Assembly: GCA_964422035.1 (NCBI GenBank)
Contig: CAYQZQ010000001.1
Location: 441,013-505,012 of the forward strand
Reading direction: 5' to 3'
Source: an uncultured Pseudomonadales bacterium
Lineage (GTDB): Bacteria; Patescibacteriota; Microgenomatia; UBA1400; Chazhemtobacteraceae
DNA: 64,000 nt
In this document: in pieces, positions 36,857 to 46,355 of the stretch
Numbering within the stretch: the stretch's first letter is position 1
How the letters are laid out: every line of letters begins with the position of its first letter
Notes under the pieces: model-generated
Told to the model about the DNA's origin: nothing
What the model saw: the letters and a program-made list of their open reading frames with translations, nothing else
Database searches by the model: none
Program-made: the position numbers and the translations under genes

Positions 36857-38169
36857 ATAAAACAGTGAATCAAGGCTCCAAGTATACCGATTCTAAAATT
36901 GATTATATGGAGAGGGGTGAGTTGGAAAAATTACAATTAAAAAGGATAAAAGAAACGCTAAGGTGGGCATCTGAAAATTCTAGATTTTATCGTGAGTTGT
37001 ATAAAGAAATTTCAATAAAGACAATAAATAGTTTCTCAGATTTTAGAAAGCTACCTTTTACAACCAAAAAAGACTTGGTGAATAACTATCCTTTCGGAAA
37101 TCTGTGTGTGCCTCAAAAAGAAGTGGTTGAAGTTCATTTTTCTTCAGGTACAACAAATAGACCAGTTCCCACTTACATGACTCAAGAGGATTTATTATTG
37201 AGTAATGAGGCATTAGCGAGAACTTGGTATATGCAGGGGGTATGTTCGAATACCGTTTTTGGTATGCTTGCTTCTTATGGTCTATTTTCAGCTGGATTGC
37301 TGAATCATTATGCCATACAAAAGTTAGGGGCGTTTGTAATTCCTATTAGCTCATCTTCTACCGATAAGACAATAGGTTTGCTAAAAGACTATAGCATTAA
37401 TGCCACAGCAGCTGTAACTAGTTATTACTTATACCTTGTTAATAGGATAAGAGAATTAGGTTACTCTAAGGACAATTTTAATTTAGAGATTGCAATAGCA
37501 GGCGGAGAACCTTTTACTGAAAATCAACGAGACTATATTGAAAAGAATTTGGGGACTGAGTTGCTTGATCAATATGGTATTTCTGAGATTAATACCGGGT
37601 TGGCGGGAGAGTGTAAGCTCAAAAATGGATTACATATTTTAGCAGATTATGCATATCCAGAGATTGTTGATACTGAAACTGGGGAAGTCTGCGAGGAGGG
37701 GAAGTCTGGAGAATTAGTATTGACGACTCTTGCTAAAAGAGCTTCACCTCTTATTCGCTATAAGACAGGTGATATGGCGAGCATTACTTACAAGAAGTGT
37801 GGATGTGGAAGAACCTTACCTCGTATCTCAAAAATCATGAGAAGAAAAGGTGGTACATTGTTTTATAAAGGTAGGAAAATAGAGCGAGAATTTGTAATTA
37901 GTTTTATGGAAGATCAAGATGATTATCTGGATCCATACATTTGGAAGCTAATTTTGTCTGGCAATATGGGTAATCAGAAAATGTTTTTTAGGGTTTTGGT
38001 AAAAGGAGATAATAACCAAAAGGATTGCCTGAGAAAGCTTGAGATGGAATTTAAAAAGAAGGCAGGGATAAATGTTAAAGCTAAATTATTTTCTGAATCT
38101 GAATTAAAAAGCTTGGAAGAAGATAAGTTAAAACATTTTGTTGACAGACGCAAGGAGGTTGGTAAATAA
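36853..38169 (+). CDS. Phenylacetate--CoA ligase (PaaK)-like adenylate-forming enzyme
   Basis: LPFTTKKDL, SSGTT, GGEP, DQYGISE, RYKTGD. Confidence 0.9.
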   Translation: MNKTVNQGSKYTDSKIDYMERGELEKLQLKRIKETLRWASENSRFYRELYKEISIKTINSFSDFRKLPFTTKKDLVNNYPFGNLCVPQKEVVEVHFSSGTTNRPVPTYMTQEDLLLSNEALARTWYMQGVCSNTVFGMLASYGLFSAGLLNHYAIQKLGAFVIPISSSSTDKTIGLLKDYSINATAAVTSYYLYLVNRIRELGYSKDNFNLEIAIAGGEPFTENQRDYIEKNLGTELLDQYGISEINTGLAGECKLKNGLHILADYAYPEIVDTETGEVCEEGKSGELVLTTLAKRASPLIRYKTGDMASITYKKCGCGRTLPRISKIMRRKGGTLFYKGRKIEREFVISFMEDQDDYLDPYIWKLILSGNMGNQKMFFRVLVKGDNNQKDCLRKLEMEFKKKAGINVKAKLFSESELKSLEEDKLKHFVDRRKEVGK

Positions 38170-38170
38170 A

Positions 38171-39511
38171 ATGAGAAAGATATACACAATATTAGACGGA
38201 GAGAAATTGGCCGGGGATAGAGAGAAAGCAGTGATAAGCCCTTACTCTCTTAATCAGGTGGCCAATATTAATTATGCAAAATTAGAGAAAATTGAAAGAA
38301 AAAGAGCAAAAAAACATGATATGGCTTATCTGCGAAGAATACTACAAGATTTTGCAGATTATCTATCATCAGAATCCATTAAGTTAGCCAGAGTTGCCGC
38401 AGAAGAAACAGGGAGTCCAATAAAATATCACAAAAAAGACATTGAAGCTGTAATTGAATATATTGAGCATTTATGTGATGGTTTTGTATTTCAAGAAAGC
38501 CCATATGTTCATGAGTCTAAGGGAAAAGTCTTAATTCTGTTGTCGGCTAACGAGCCAGTTGTTTTAGGCACTATTCCATTATTAACGGCATTGATGACTG
38601 GGAACACTGTTTATCTTAAGCCATCTTCAAGGTCTCCATCTTATGCTTATTTAATCGTCAATAAGTTGCATAAATTAGGACTAGAAAGTGATCTTCTGCA
38701 TTTATTGCTTCCAGAAAAACAGGATATAGAGACCATCATTCAGAGACAAACTGTTGATTGTGTATTATCTTTTGGACATCACAAAACAAATAGAATATTA
38801 GGAGCTATTGCAGCTAAAGCAGGGGTCGAATTTATTCCAGAAAATGACGGAAACTGTTGGGCTTATGTTGATGAAGATTTTCCTTTTTGTAATAAGAAAT
38901 TGATATCAACAATAAAAAGGTCCGTGGTTAAGCACAATGGCCAGATGTGTGATTCATTACGCGGTTTATTAATTCACAATGAAGTTTTCGATGATATTTC
39001 CAAGGGAATAATAGAAAATATCAAAGATGTTAATATGGGTAATCCGTTAGATGTTTCGAGTGATGTAGGAGCTTTGCTAGTTGGTACAGCATCTAAGATC
39101 CCTGATCTTATAGAAGAAAGTAGTGGAAAGACCTATAAATACCATGTGGAAAACAATGTGGTGTCTCCTACTGTTGTTTTAGGTCCTCGTGCTGAATCGA
39201 CGTTAGTTGAAGATAGTGTTTTTGCGCCCGTTTTATGGATAAAGTCTGTTTCTGGACCACAAGAGGTAATTGAGTTATATAAGAGACATAATCACCATGG
39301 GTTATGCTTTTCAATATTCTCTAATGATGAATCCAGCATAGAGAAGTTAAGTAGAAACATCTCTGTGGGAAGGATAAATGTGAATTGCTCCCCGGTAGAA
39401 ATAGATGTTATGAGTCCGTGGGGAGGACTTAAAACGAGTGGTTATGGTGGGCCTACAAGTTGGTTTGACAGATTTACCAATAGAAAGGTAATAAACCATG
39501 GACAATTTTGA
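38171..39511 (+). CDS. Aldehyde dehydrogenase family protein
   Basis: LKPS, ENDGN, NGQMC catalytic Cys, VFAPV, PWGGLKTSGYG; AAGGAGG upstream of ATG 38171. Confidence 0.88.
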   Translation: MRKIYTILDGEKLAGDREKAVISPYSLNQVANINYAKLEKIERKRAKKHDMAYLRRILQDFADYLSSESIKLARVAAEETGSPIKYHKKDIEAVIEYIEHLCDGFVFQESPYVHESKGKVLILLSANEPVVLGTIPLLTALMTGNTVYLKPSSRSPSYAYLIVNKLHKLGLESDLLHLLLPEKQDIETIIQRQTVDCVLSFGHHKTNRILGAIAAKAGVEFIPENDGNCWAYVDEDFPFCNKKLISTIKRSVVKHNGQMCDSLRGLLIHNEVFDDISKGIIENIKDVNMGNPLDVSSDVGALLVGTASKIPDLIEESSGKTYKYHVENNVVSPTVVLGPRAESTLVEDSVFAPVLWIKSVSGPQEVIELYKRHNHHGLCFSIFSNDESSIEKLSRNISVGRINVNCSPVEIDVMSPWGGLKTSGYGGPTSWFDRFTNRKVINHGQF

Positions 39512-40154
39512 AATCGTAATAATAACTGGAGTTTCGGCAGATGGTAAGGTTACTCTTGGAGAAGGAGTAAGTAGCAAGAAGTTTGCGGCTTTGTTGTCTC
39601 CTGAGATGTCAGAACCGCTTCTAGAATTGAGACGGTGGGCGGATGTAATTTTAGTTGGGAGAAAAACAGTGAAGATAGACAACCCCTCTTTAAAATCCAA
39701 TGAAAATTCAGGACTAATTAGGGCAGTTATAGATAGAGAGATGCGCTTATCTTTAGACAAGAATATATTTGATGGGTCTGCGAGGACTCTAATTATTACA
39801 ACAAGCACAAACAAAGAGAAGGAGAGGCAGCTTAGACAAAAAGGTGTAGAAATTATAAGGATTTCACAAGAAGATTTTTTACCAGAATTAAAAAATGAGT
39901 TTGAGGAGCGTGGACTTTACAAGATAATGGTTGAAGGTGGAGGTAATTTGAATTATTTTATGTTAAAAAATCATTTTGTTGATAAAATCATCATCGCAAC
40001 TTTTCCTTTTATTGTAGGAGGAAAAGATACCCCAACTATAGTAGACGGAGAAAGCATAGCAACTATGAAAGAGGCAATAAAATTGAAATTAATTAGATCG
40101 TACTTGGTTGATAAAAATATGGTAGTAAATGAATTTGGGGTAGAAAATGACTAA
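39498..40154 (+). CDS. RibD C-terminal-type reductase, stand-alone
   Basis: SADGK, LRRWADVILVGRKTVKIDNPSL, MVEGGG, PFIVGGKDTPT. Confidence 0.88.
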   Translation: MDNFEIVIITGVSADGKVTLGEGVSSKKFAALLSPEMSEPLLELRRWADVILVGRKTVKIDNPSLKSNENSGLIRAVIDREMRLSLDKNIFDGSARTLIITTSTNKEKERQLRQKGVEIIRISQEDFLPELKNEFEERGLYKIMVEGGGNLNYFMLKNHFVDKIIIATFPFIVGGKDTPTIVDGESIATMKEAIKLKLIRSYLVDKNMVVNEFGVEND

Positions 40155-41040
40155 ACTTAAGAAAATTAAGCTGAAAAAATATTCTTCTTTAGATGATAAA
40201 TATTTTGCAAAAAGGCAATTATTATCAAAATCCTTAAATTTATCAAAAAAAGAACTTGGAGAGGTTTTTTCTGGTAAGGAAAAATACAAAATTGTTACAG
40301 GTTTTGGTCTAACAGGTTATTTTCATCTAGGAAGTAAATTGCTTCTAAACGAGGTAAAATTTTTTGCTGATCTTGGATTAGAAGCACAAATATTGTTGAG
40401 TGGATATGATACTAGAGTAAGAGGAACCACTAATTCCAAAAGCCCAGTACATATACAAAAAAGTATGTTGCAAATTATAGACAAACTAGACAAAAATGAA
40501 AAGATTAAAGTAGAGGAAAGATCCCCTGGAGTAGATTCCGAGATTTTCCAATCGATTAATGATTTAGTGAACAAAGATGATTTTGTTGAGTTTTATGGAC
40601 AAGAAATGGGTAAGAGTGGTAGAGATGCTTTGGTAGATATGGCAGCATCAATTATTGAAATTGATAATCAAAAGAAGATAGTTATATTGCTAGGGGTTGA
40701 TGAACTGGGTGAAGCTCTTTTCATCAGTCATGTTTATAAAAAGCTTGAGATGTCACCACCAGGTTTTTTATTCAATCATGTTGTACTCGGATATGACTCC
40801 AACAAAATGGGCAAGTCGCGTCCGGAATTTAGTTTAGTTATTTCATCGTCTGCAGAGGAAGAGATTAAGAAGGTTGAAAAATATCTTCGAAAAGATGGAG
40901 ATCACCGGAAATGTCCTTGTTATTATATAAATTTGTTCTCAAAGTATGGAGATCCCGAAATATCTACATGTAAGCGCGTGCATAAAAAATTACCTACGAT
41001 TATTAAAAAAGAATGTAAGGAGTTCGTGTCAAGCGACTAA
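40147..41040 (+). CDS. Class Ic aminoacyl-tRNA synthetase paralogue (TrpRS-like, degenerate)
   Basis: TGFGLTGYFHLGS (HIGH), GVDE in place of GxDQ, KMGKS, C-terminal CPCY; 297 aa. Confidence 0.75.
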   Translation: MTKLKKIKLKKYSSLDDKYFAKRQLLSKSLNLSKKELGEVFSGKEKYKIVTGFGLTGYFHLGSKLLLNEVKFFADLGLEAQILLSGYDTRVRGTTNSKSPVHIQKSMLQIIDKLDKNEKIKVEERSPGVDSEIFQSINDLVNKDDFVEFYGQEMGKSGRDALVDMAASIIEIDNQKKIVILLGVDELGEALFISHVYKKLEMSPPGFLFNHVVLGYDSNKMGKSRPEFSLVISSSAEEEIKKVEKYLRKDGDHRKCPCYYINLFSKYGDPEISTCKRVHKKLPTIIKKECKEFVSSD

Positions 41041-41043
41041 AAT

Positions 41044-41748
41044 ATGAAGACATTAAAGCAAGCCTATAACGATTTTTTTGATCAGAAGTTTAACGTAGAT
41101 GTGGAGCCAGTTTATGACAATAAGGTTCAAAGTATATTAAAGTATGTTGATCATAATAAGCAGGTGCTAGACGTAGGGTGTTTGACAGGTTACTTGGGGT
41201 ATTTTTGTTTAAAAAAGAAAAACAGTACTAAGGTGGTGGGAATTGATTTTGTCGAAAACGCTTTAAAGCATGCTCGTAAGCTAGGTATTGATGCACGCTA
41301 TGGTAACGTCGAAAATGGCAGTTTGCCAATTCAGGATTCTGAGCGCTTTGACGTAATAATAGTTTCTGAGATAATTGAGCATTTGGTTGATCCTCTTGTT
41401 GTGTTGGAAAAACTCAAAAAGGTGCTCAAGAAAAACGGAAAGATAATAATTTCTACACCAAATATGGCTTATTTTCAATATAGATTTGAACTGCTAATGG
41501 GAAAGTTGCCAGATTTTTGTGAGTTTCGTGGTAAATATCCAGAAAGACCCTACAATTTTCAACACAAAACTTTATTTACTAAAAAAGTACTGGTCGAGAC
41601 ATTGGAAATGGCAGAATTAAAGCTTAAGAAACTTGATAGTCATAGCACATATAAGAGTAAGTTGGAGAAGTTTTTTGATCCTTTTGAAAAACTATTTCCA
41701 GGTGTGTTTGTTAAGAATATGATTGCAGTTGTTACTAAAAAGGATTAA
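41044..41748 (+). CDS. Class I SAM-dependent methyltransferase
   Basis: VLDVGCLTG, FDVIIVSEIIEHL, ISTPN. Confidence 0.9.
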   Translation: MKTLKQAYNDFFDQKFNVDVEPVYDNKVQSILKYVDHNKQVLDVGCLTGYLGYFCLKKKNSTKVVGIDFVENALKHARKLGIDARYGNVENGSLPIQDSERFDVIIVSEIIEHLVDPLVVLEKLKKVLKKNGKIIISTPNMAYFQYRFELLMGKLPDFCEFRGKYPERPYNFQHKTLFTKKVLVETLEMAELKLKKLDSHSTYKSKLEKFFDPFEKLFPGVFVKNMIAVVTKKD

Positions 41749-41754
41749 TGTTCA

Positions 41755-42633
41755 ATGAAGGCAGATAACAAGAAAATTCGAGAGTATGTACACAGAATAA
41801 AAGGTGATAAATCGAAGGTAAAAAGACTTCCAACAGAAAGAGAAAGTTATGTTTACTCGATTGAAGATCGTTTGATCTATAAAATTATGCCTGAGTCTCT
41901 TAACAGAAGTACTTATCAGGAGATTAACAGACTGCTTGAAGACAGCGGGGTGCCTTTTCCTAATTTAATTGATGAATGGAAAGAGGGAGGATTTCATCAC
42001 TTAATCCAGGAGAAGAAGTCTGGGAAAAAGTTGTCGGCAATGAATAACAAAGAAAAGGTAAAATATTATCCCGAAGTCGCAAGCATATTATATAAAATAC
42101 ATATGATTAAAATTAATTCAGTAGGGCCTATTGAAGAAGCTGGTGGTAAATTTTCAAATTGGGCAAGTTATATACGAAATTTTAAAAAATTTTCAGAGAA
42201 CCATGGGGATGTGGTTCCAGAATATGTTACAAAAGATGATTACGAAATAATATTAAGGGCTGTAGAAGATTTGGCACGGAGAAAAAATAATCCATGTTTG
42301 GTTCACGGTGATTTTATGGAAAAAAATATTTTAGTCGAGGGAGGGAAAGTAACTGCCATACTGGATTGGGATGTTGCAATAGCTGGTGATCGGATCATGG
42401 ATTTTGCTACTTTTCGTCTTTGGGATGGAATATTTATTAACAACTCACTAATTGAAGAATATTACCCTGAGAAAAAACTATTTGAACAAGACAAATTTGA
42501 GTTCTATTGTAATCGTTATCAGCTGTATTCAGGATTTATTACACTTGACTTTTTAATTAGTAACGAAGAGCAAGACTTGTTTAATTTACCAGAAAAAATT
42601 AACAGAATCTGCTCTAAAATACAAAAAAGGTGA
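41755..42633 (+). CDS. Aminoglycoside phosphotransferase/choline kinase family protein
   Basis: LVHGDFMEKNIL and ILDWD. Confidence 0.88.
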   Translation: MKADNKKIREYVHRIKGDKSKVKRLPTERESYVYSIEDRLIYKIMPESLNRSTYQEINRLLEDSGVPFPNLIDEWKEGGFHHLIQEKKSGKKLSAMNNKEKVKYYPEVASILYKIHMIKINSVGPIEEAGGKFSNWASYIRNFKKFSENHGDVVPEYVTKDDYEIILRAVEDLARRKNNPCLVHGDFMEKNILVEGGKVTAILDWDVAIAGDRIMDFATFRLWDGIFINNSLIEEYYPEKKLFEQDKFEFYCNRYQLYSGFITLDFLISNEEQDLFNLPEKINRICSKIQKR

Positions 42634-43871
42634 AGATACTATTCGTTCCTTTAAGCGAAACAGCGCTTGCTCATATTGTCAGGTGCTTAGTCATTGCGCT
42701 CGAAGCTAAAAAAGAGGGCCATGAGGTGCTTTTTACAAGCATAAGGGGGAGAACTGACTTGATTGATGGATTTGATATTCCTGTGTATAAAAATGGGATT
42801 AAACTTCTAAAAAATACAGAGGGTGAGATCGACAAAATATCACAAATCAGGAGATACGAGATTGAAGCAGCTAGATATTTTCATCCGGATGTGATTATAA
42901 ATGATCCAGTAATAGCCGGTTCATTTGCTGCAAGAAAGTTAAACTTACCATTGGTCTTAGTAACAAACTCGACACTTTTGCCGAATTATTCTGGATATTA
43001 TGGATATTCCAAGGTAGGAAAGGATTTGACTAGTAATTTCGGATACTTTGGTAATTATTACCCACGCAAGGTTATGTTTCCAAAAATTTTGAAAGTTTTT
43101 GACAGGCTTGATATCAAAAATATACCAAGACATTATAATAAATTATTTGATAGAAATTTAAAGATAATACCAAGCATCCCCCTACTTGATCCTCTAGATA
43201 ATCCAGACAGCCTAACACATTATGTAGGGCCCCTTTTGCTTGAAAACCACTGGAAACCTGATAGTGAGTTGGTTAATTTTGTAAATAAGGTAAGGGGTCC
43301 TCTGGTTGCAGTAAATTTTGGAGGGTCAGTATTTTTAGAAAATACTTATCATAGAACAATTGAAGTATTACTTTCTTGTGGCTATAAAATTGTAGTCGGA
43401 ATTGGCCCGAATTTTGATATTGAAAAATTCCAGAATAAATATGGAAAGGATAATAATTTGCTTATTAGACAATATACCCCAAATGAATATTTGGCAGAAA
43501 GAGCAAAATTTTTCATAATTTCCGGTGGACACGGAACACTAACTCAGACTTTATTGAATGGTTGTCCTGTTTTATGCATACCTCATAACGTGGACCAGAG
43601 CACATTTGCTCAGAGGGTTGAAGAATTAGGTTGTGGAATTAATGTGATGAGGATTGATAAACCGATGAAGGATCTTGATTATTGGAGGAAAAAAGCGAGC
43701 AATCTATCTAAAAATAAGTTATTCGATGCGATTAAGAAACTAGAGGTAAACGTTGAGAATTTTAGAACTAATTGTCGTCAAGTCGGTGATCAACTGTCTA
43801 AACATTCGAATCCTGCGAAAAAAATTTTGGATCTCACCGAAGAGTTTGTCGACCAAAAGCAACGCTTGTAA
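42630..43871 (+). CDS. GT1/MGT-type glycosyltransferase
   Basis: AHIVRCL, VNFGGS, SGGHGT...GCPVLCIPHNVDQ. Confidence 0.88.
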   Translation: MKILFVPLSETALAHIVRCLVIALEAKKEGHEVLFTSIRGRTDLIDGFDIPVYKNGIKLLKNTEGEIDKISQIRRYEIEAARYFHPDVIINDPVIAGSFAARKLNLPLVLVTNSTLLPNYSGYYGYSKVGKDLTSNFGYFGNYYPRKVMFPKILKVFDRLDIKNIPRHYNKLFDRNLKIIPSIPLLDPLDNPDSLTHYVGPLLLENHWKPDSELVNFVNKVRGPLVAVNFGGSVFLENTYHRTIEVLLSCGYKIVVGIGPNFDIEKFQNKYGKDNNLLIRQYTPNEYLAERAKFFIISGGHGTLTQTLLNGCPVLCIPHNVDQSTFAQRVEELGCGINVMRIDKPMKDLDYWRKKASNLSKNKLFDAIKKLEVNVENFRTNCRQVGDQLSKHSNPAKKILDLTEEFVDQKQRL

Positions 43872-44005
43872 TTATTGGAAGTGATAAATTTTTTAAGTGT
43901 TTTTTTAAGGTTAAAATCTCGTTCCAATGTTTTGAAGGAAAATCAAAGGTTTTGCAGGATATAAAGGCATAAAACAGGTAGTAAGGTCGGAGGGGGTGCC
44001 CGTAC

Positions 44006-44079
44006 TGGTTGCCAGGCTAGGATTCGAACCTAGATTGACGGTGTCAGAGACCGCAGTCCTACCATTAGACGACCTGGCA
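44006..44079 (-). tRNA. tRNA-Gln(CTG), CCA encoded
   Basis: TGCCAGG...CCTGGCA-ACCA acceptor, GCGGT-CTCTGAC-ACCGT anticodon arm, GTTCGAATC. Confidence 0.95.
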
Positions 44080-44121
44080 AAGTTTGTTTTAACCTATCTA
44101 ACCGTCTTATATTTTACCAAA

Positions 44122-46035
44122 TTAACCTGCTCCACCGCCACCTCCACCACCCCCTCCTCCGCCTCCGCCGGAGACAGATCCCGAGGATCCCGCGCCTGAG
44201 GCGCCATAAGAACTGGAAACTGCAGTAGATAGAGAAGAGACAGCGCTGTTGACTGAAGAGATTGATGAAGCTATGGAAGCAGAGGCTGCAGAAGGTGAGG
44301 CGGCCCAGGTGTTAGCCATGACTTTTTGATCTGAGCCAGAGAATCTAACAGGTAGTTGGGAAAGGGTCTTGCTGGAGACTCCCAGAACTGTACCGTAGAC
44401 TAAGTATTTTTCCCAGATGATGACAGAGTCGATAGGATCGTCTTTGGTGCGACGATATTCTTGAATATGGTTTTTGAAAGCCTGCCAGGAAGCAGCTTCT
44501 TTGGCTCCTTTTTTGGTGCGCTTTAGGCCTAAGTATTTGAAGATAAACAGAGTGATTAAAAACAGCAGAGGAAGGACCCAGCCAGCTGTGGCAATAAGAG
44601 CAGGGGTTATATTTTCAGTGTCAAAAAGAGGGGTGAGTTGAATAAAGATGAAAAAGTTGACAGCGATGATAAGCAGGAAGGGTACAATTTCTTTGTATTC
44701 CTTTGAGTACTTAAGAGAGTCTTTATCAAAAAAACCTTGCTTGACGTTTTGAGACAGGGCTTTGTCTTTTAGACTGTCGAAGAATTTTTTGGAGCTGGTT
44801 TTGTGGCGCTTGGTGTAGGAAATTAAGTCATCAAACCAAAGCTGATCTTTATTGGGGGCTGCGGTCTTAAAAAGAAAGTCGTAAACCGCTTTTTGTAATG
44901 AACTGAGATTGTCAATATTGTCCAAGTTATCTTTTTTTAAGGCATACTTGTAATCTCGACTGAAGACTCCATGCTTTTTATCTGAGCGGGTGATTTTTAA
45001 AACTTTATGTTGAACCAGAGATAGGACAGTGGCAGTAAAAGACTTGGGAGATAGATTTTTATTACCTGACACAAGCTGCTCGACCTGGGCTGGATCGATG
45101 TCAGATGGGGGTTCCCAAAGAGAATCGGCTAGATTAATCTGAGGTAGAGGTTCGTCTTTGCCTAGTTTTTGGAATCTCTTGTAGGCTCTGATGAAAAACC
45201 CTAAAGATACTAAAGCCATTAAAACAGAAAGGAAAGATTTGCCCCAGGTTATCAATGACTTTCTTCTGGTTTGGGCAATAAACTTTTGTTCTTGTTGGCG
45301 AATCTGATCTTTTGTTAGATCGCCAGTGGCACCTTGATCAATTGTTAATTTGGGAAAGATTATTCTGGCTTCAAAAAAAGTATTTGGCGACACTTTAGGG
45401 GATGAGAGAACAACGGTGTTTGAGTTGGGAATAGAGACTGTACCATTTAAGGGGCCGTGGGCCCAGGCTTGGATCTGGTCGTCTGGAATGCCCTCTGGTA
45501 AATGAATGGTGATGTTAACATTTTGATGAGCGATGTCCCAGTCACTACCTAAAAACTGCCAGTATAGCTCGGCTGTATCCTGCTGGAGAGTGACGGCGTT
45601 GGGGACGGTATAGGAGATGATAAAAGTTTTCTGAGTATCATTAGCTGAGTAGAACCACTTTAAGAAGAGTTTGTTTTTTTGCTCAACTGTATAGAAAGAG
45701 CCGGATTCAAGTGGTTCAGATGAGGTGTTGAAACTTTTTCTAGGAGGAGAGACTTTTTGATAGCAAGCCTGTTTATCACAGACTTTAAAGTCAGTTAGTT
45801 GATAGTTTTGCTCTCTACCGGAGTTTTGTCCAGGAGTTTTGTCATAGTAGATATAAGCATAAGAAAAAGAGCCCTCAAAGTCATAGTGGTGCTGACTTTC
45901 AACCTCCATGGAGCCGTCTTTTTTAATGGTAGCTTTAGTTGACAAACTATCTATGGAGTATTCCTTGGCATGGACAGGGGCAGCAAGGAAAAGAAAGGTA
46001 AAGATAGATATCAAAAAGATTATTTTTTTATTCAC
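44122..46035 (-). CDS. DUF2207 domain membrane protein
   Basis: AELYWQF, AWAHGPL, WEKYLVYG, Gly/Ser-rich C-terminus. Confidence 0.88.
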   Translation of the reverse strand: MNKKIIFLISIFTFLFLAAPVHAKEYSIDSLSTKATIKKDGSMEVESQHHYDFEGSFSYAYIYYDKTPGQNSGREQNYQLTDFKVCDKQACYQKVSPPRKSFNTSSEPLESGSFYTVEQKNKLFLKWFYSANDTQKTFIISYTVPNAVTLQQDTAELYWQFLGSDWDIAHQNVNITIHLPEGIPDDQIQAWAHGPLNGTVSIPNSNTVVLSSPKVSPNTFFEARIIFPKLTIDQGATGDLTKDQIRQQEQKFIAQTRRKSLITWGKSFLSVLMALVSLGFFIRAYKRFQKLGKDEPLPQINLADSLWEPPSDIDPAQVEQLVSGNKNLSPKSFTATVLSLVQHKVLKITRSDKKHGVFSRDYKYALKKDNLDNIDNLSSLQKAVYDFLFKTAAPNKDQLWFDDLISYTKRHKTSSKKFFDSLKDKALSQNVKQGFFDKDSLKYSKEYKEIVPFLLIIAVNFFIFIQLTPLFDTENITPALIATAGWVLPLLFLITLFIFKYLGLKRTKKGAKEAASWQAFKNHIQEYRRTKDDPIDSVIIWEKYLVYGTVLGVSSKTLSQLPVRFSGSDQKVMANTWAASPSAASASIASSISSVNSAVSSLSTAVSSSYGASGAGSSGSVSGGGGGGGGGGGGGAG

Positions 46036-46351
46036 CCTTGATGTCTTTTAAGATTAGTTTCTCGATTCTAGCAAATTCTTGTTTGATTTGACTCTCGATC
46101 TCATCATCGATGTGCTCTTTTAAGTAGTCGATTAATTGAGGGTCGTAAGGGCTGTGCTCAAGTCTGGAAAGGAAAGTTTTGTGTTTTTTGGATGGTAGCT
46201 TGTCGAGAATGAAATGCATTAATTTTGAGTGGAGAATGTCATCAACCATTTGTTTGAGCTTGCTTTTTTTCTCGTCAGGAGCATCTACCTGGTCAATGTG
46301 GATATGAATTTCGTTCCTGTTGAAAAGATGGTCGTAAAAGAGAATGGCCAT
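46028..46351 (-). CDS. Hypothetical protein
   Basis: Operon spacing; likely start at MAILFYDHL. Confidence 0.6.
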   Translation of the reverse strand: MAILFYDHLFNRNEIHIHIDQVDAPDEKKSKLKQMVDDILHSKLMHFILDKLPSKKHKTFLSRLEHSPYDPQLIDYLKEHIDDEIESQIKQEFARIEKLILKDIKGE

Positions 46352-46355
46352 ATTA

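Noticed and set aside
43996-44199. 67-aa plus-strand ORF
   Set aside because: It is the antisense shadow of tRNA-Gln and of the DUF2207 gene's Gly-rich tail.
44122-44200. GC-rich low-complexity repeat
   Set aside because: It encodes the normal Gly/Ser-rich C-terminus of DUF2207 proteins.
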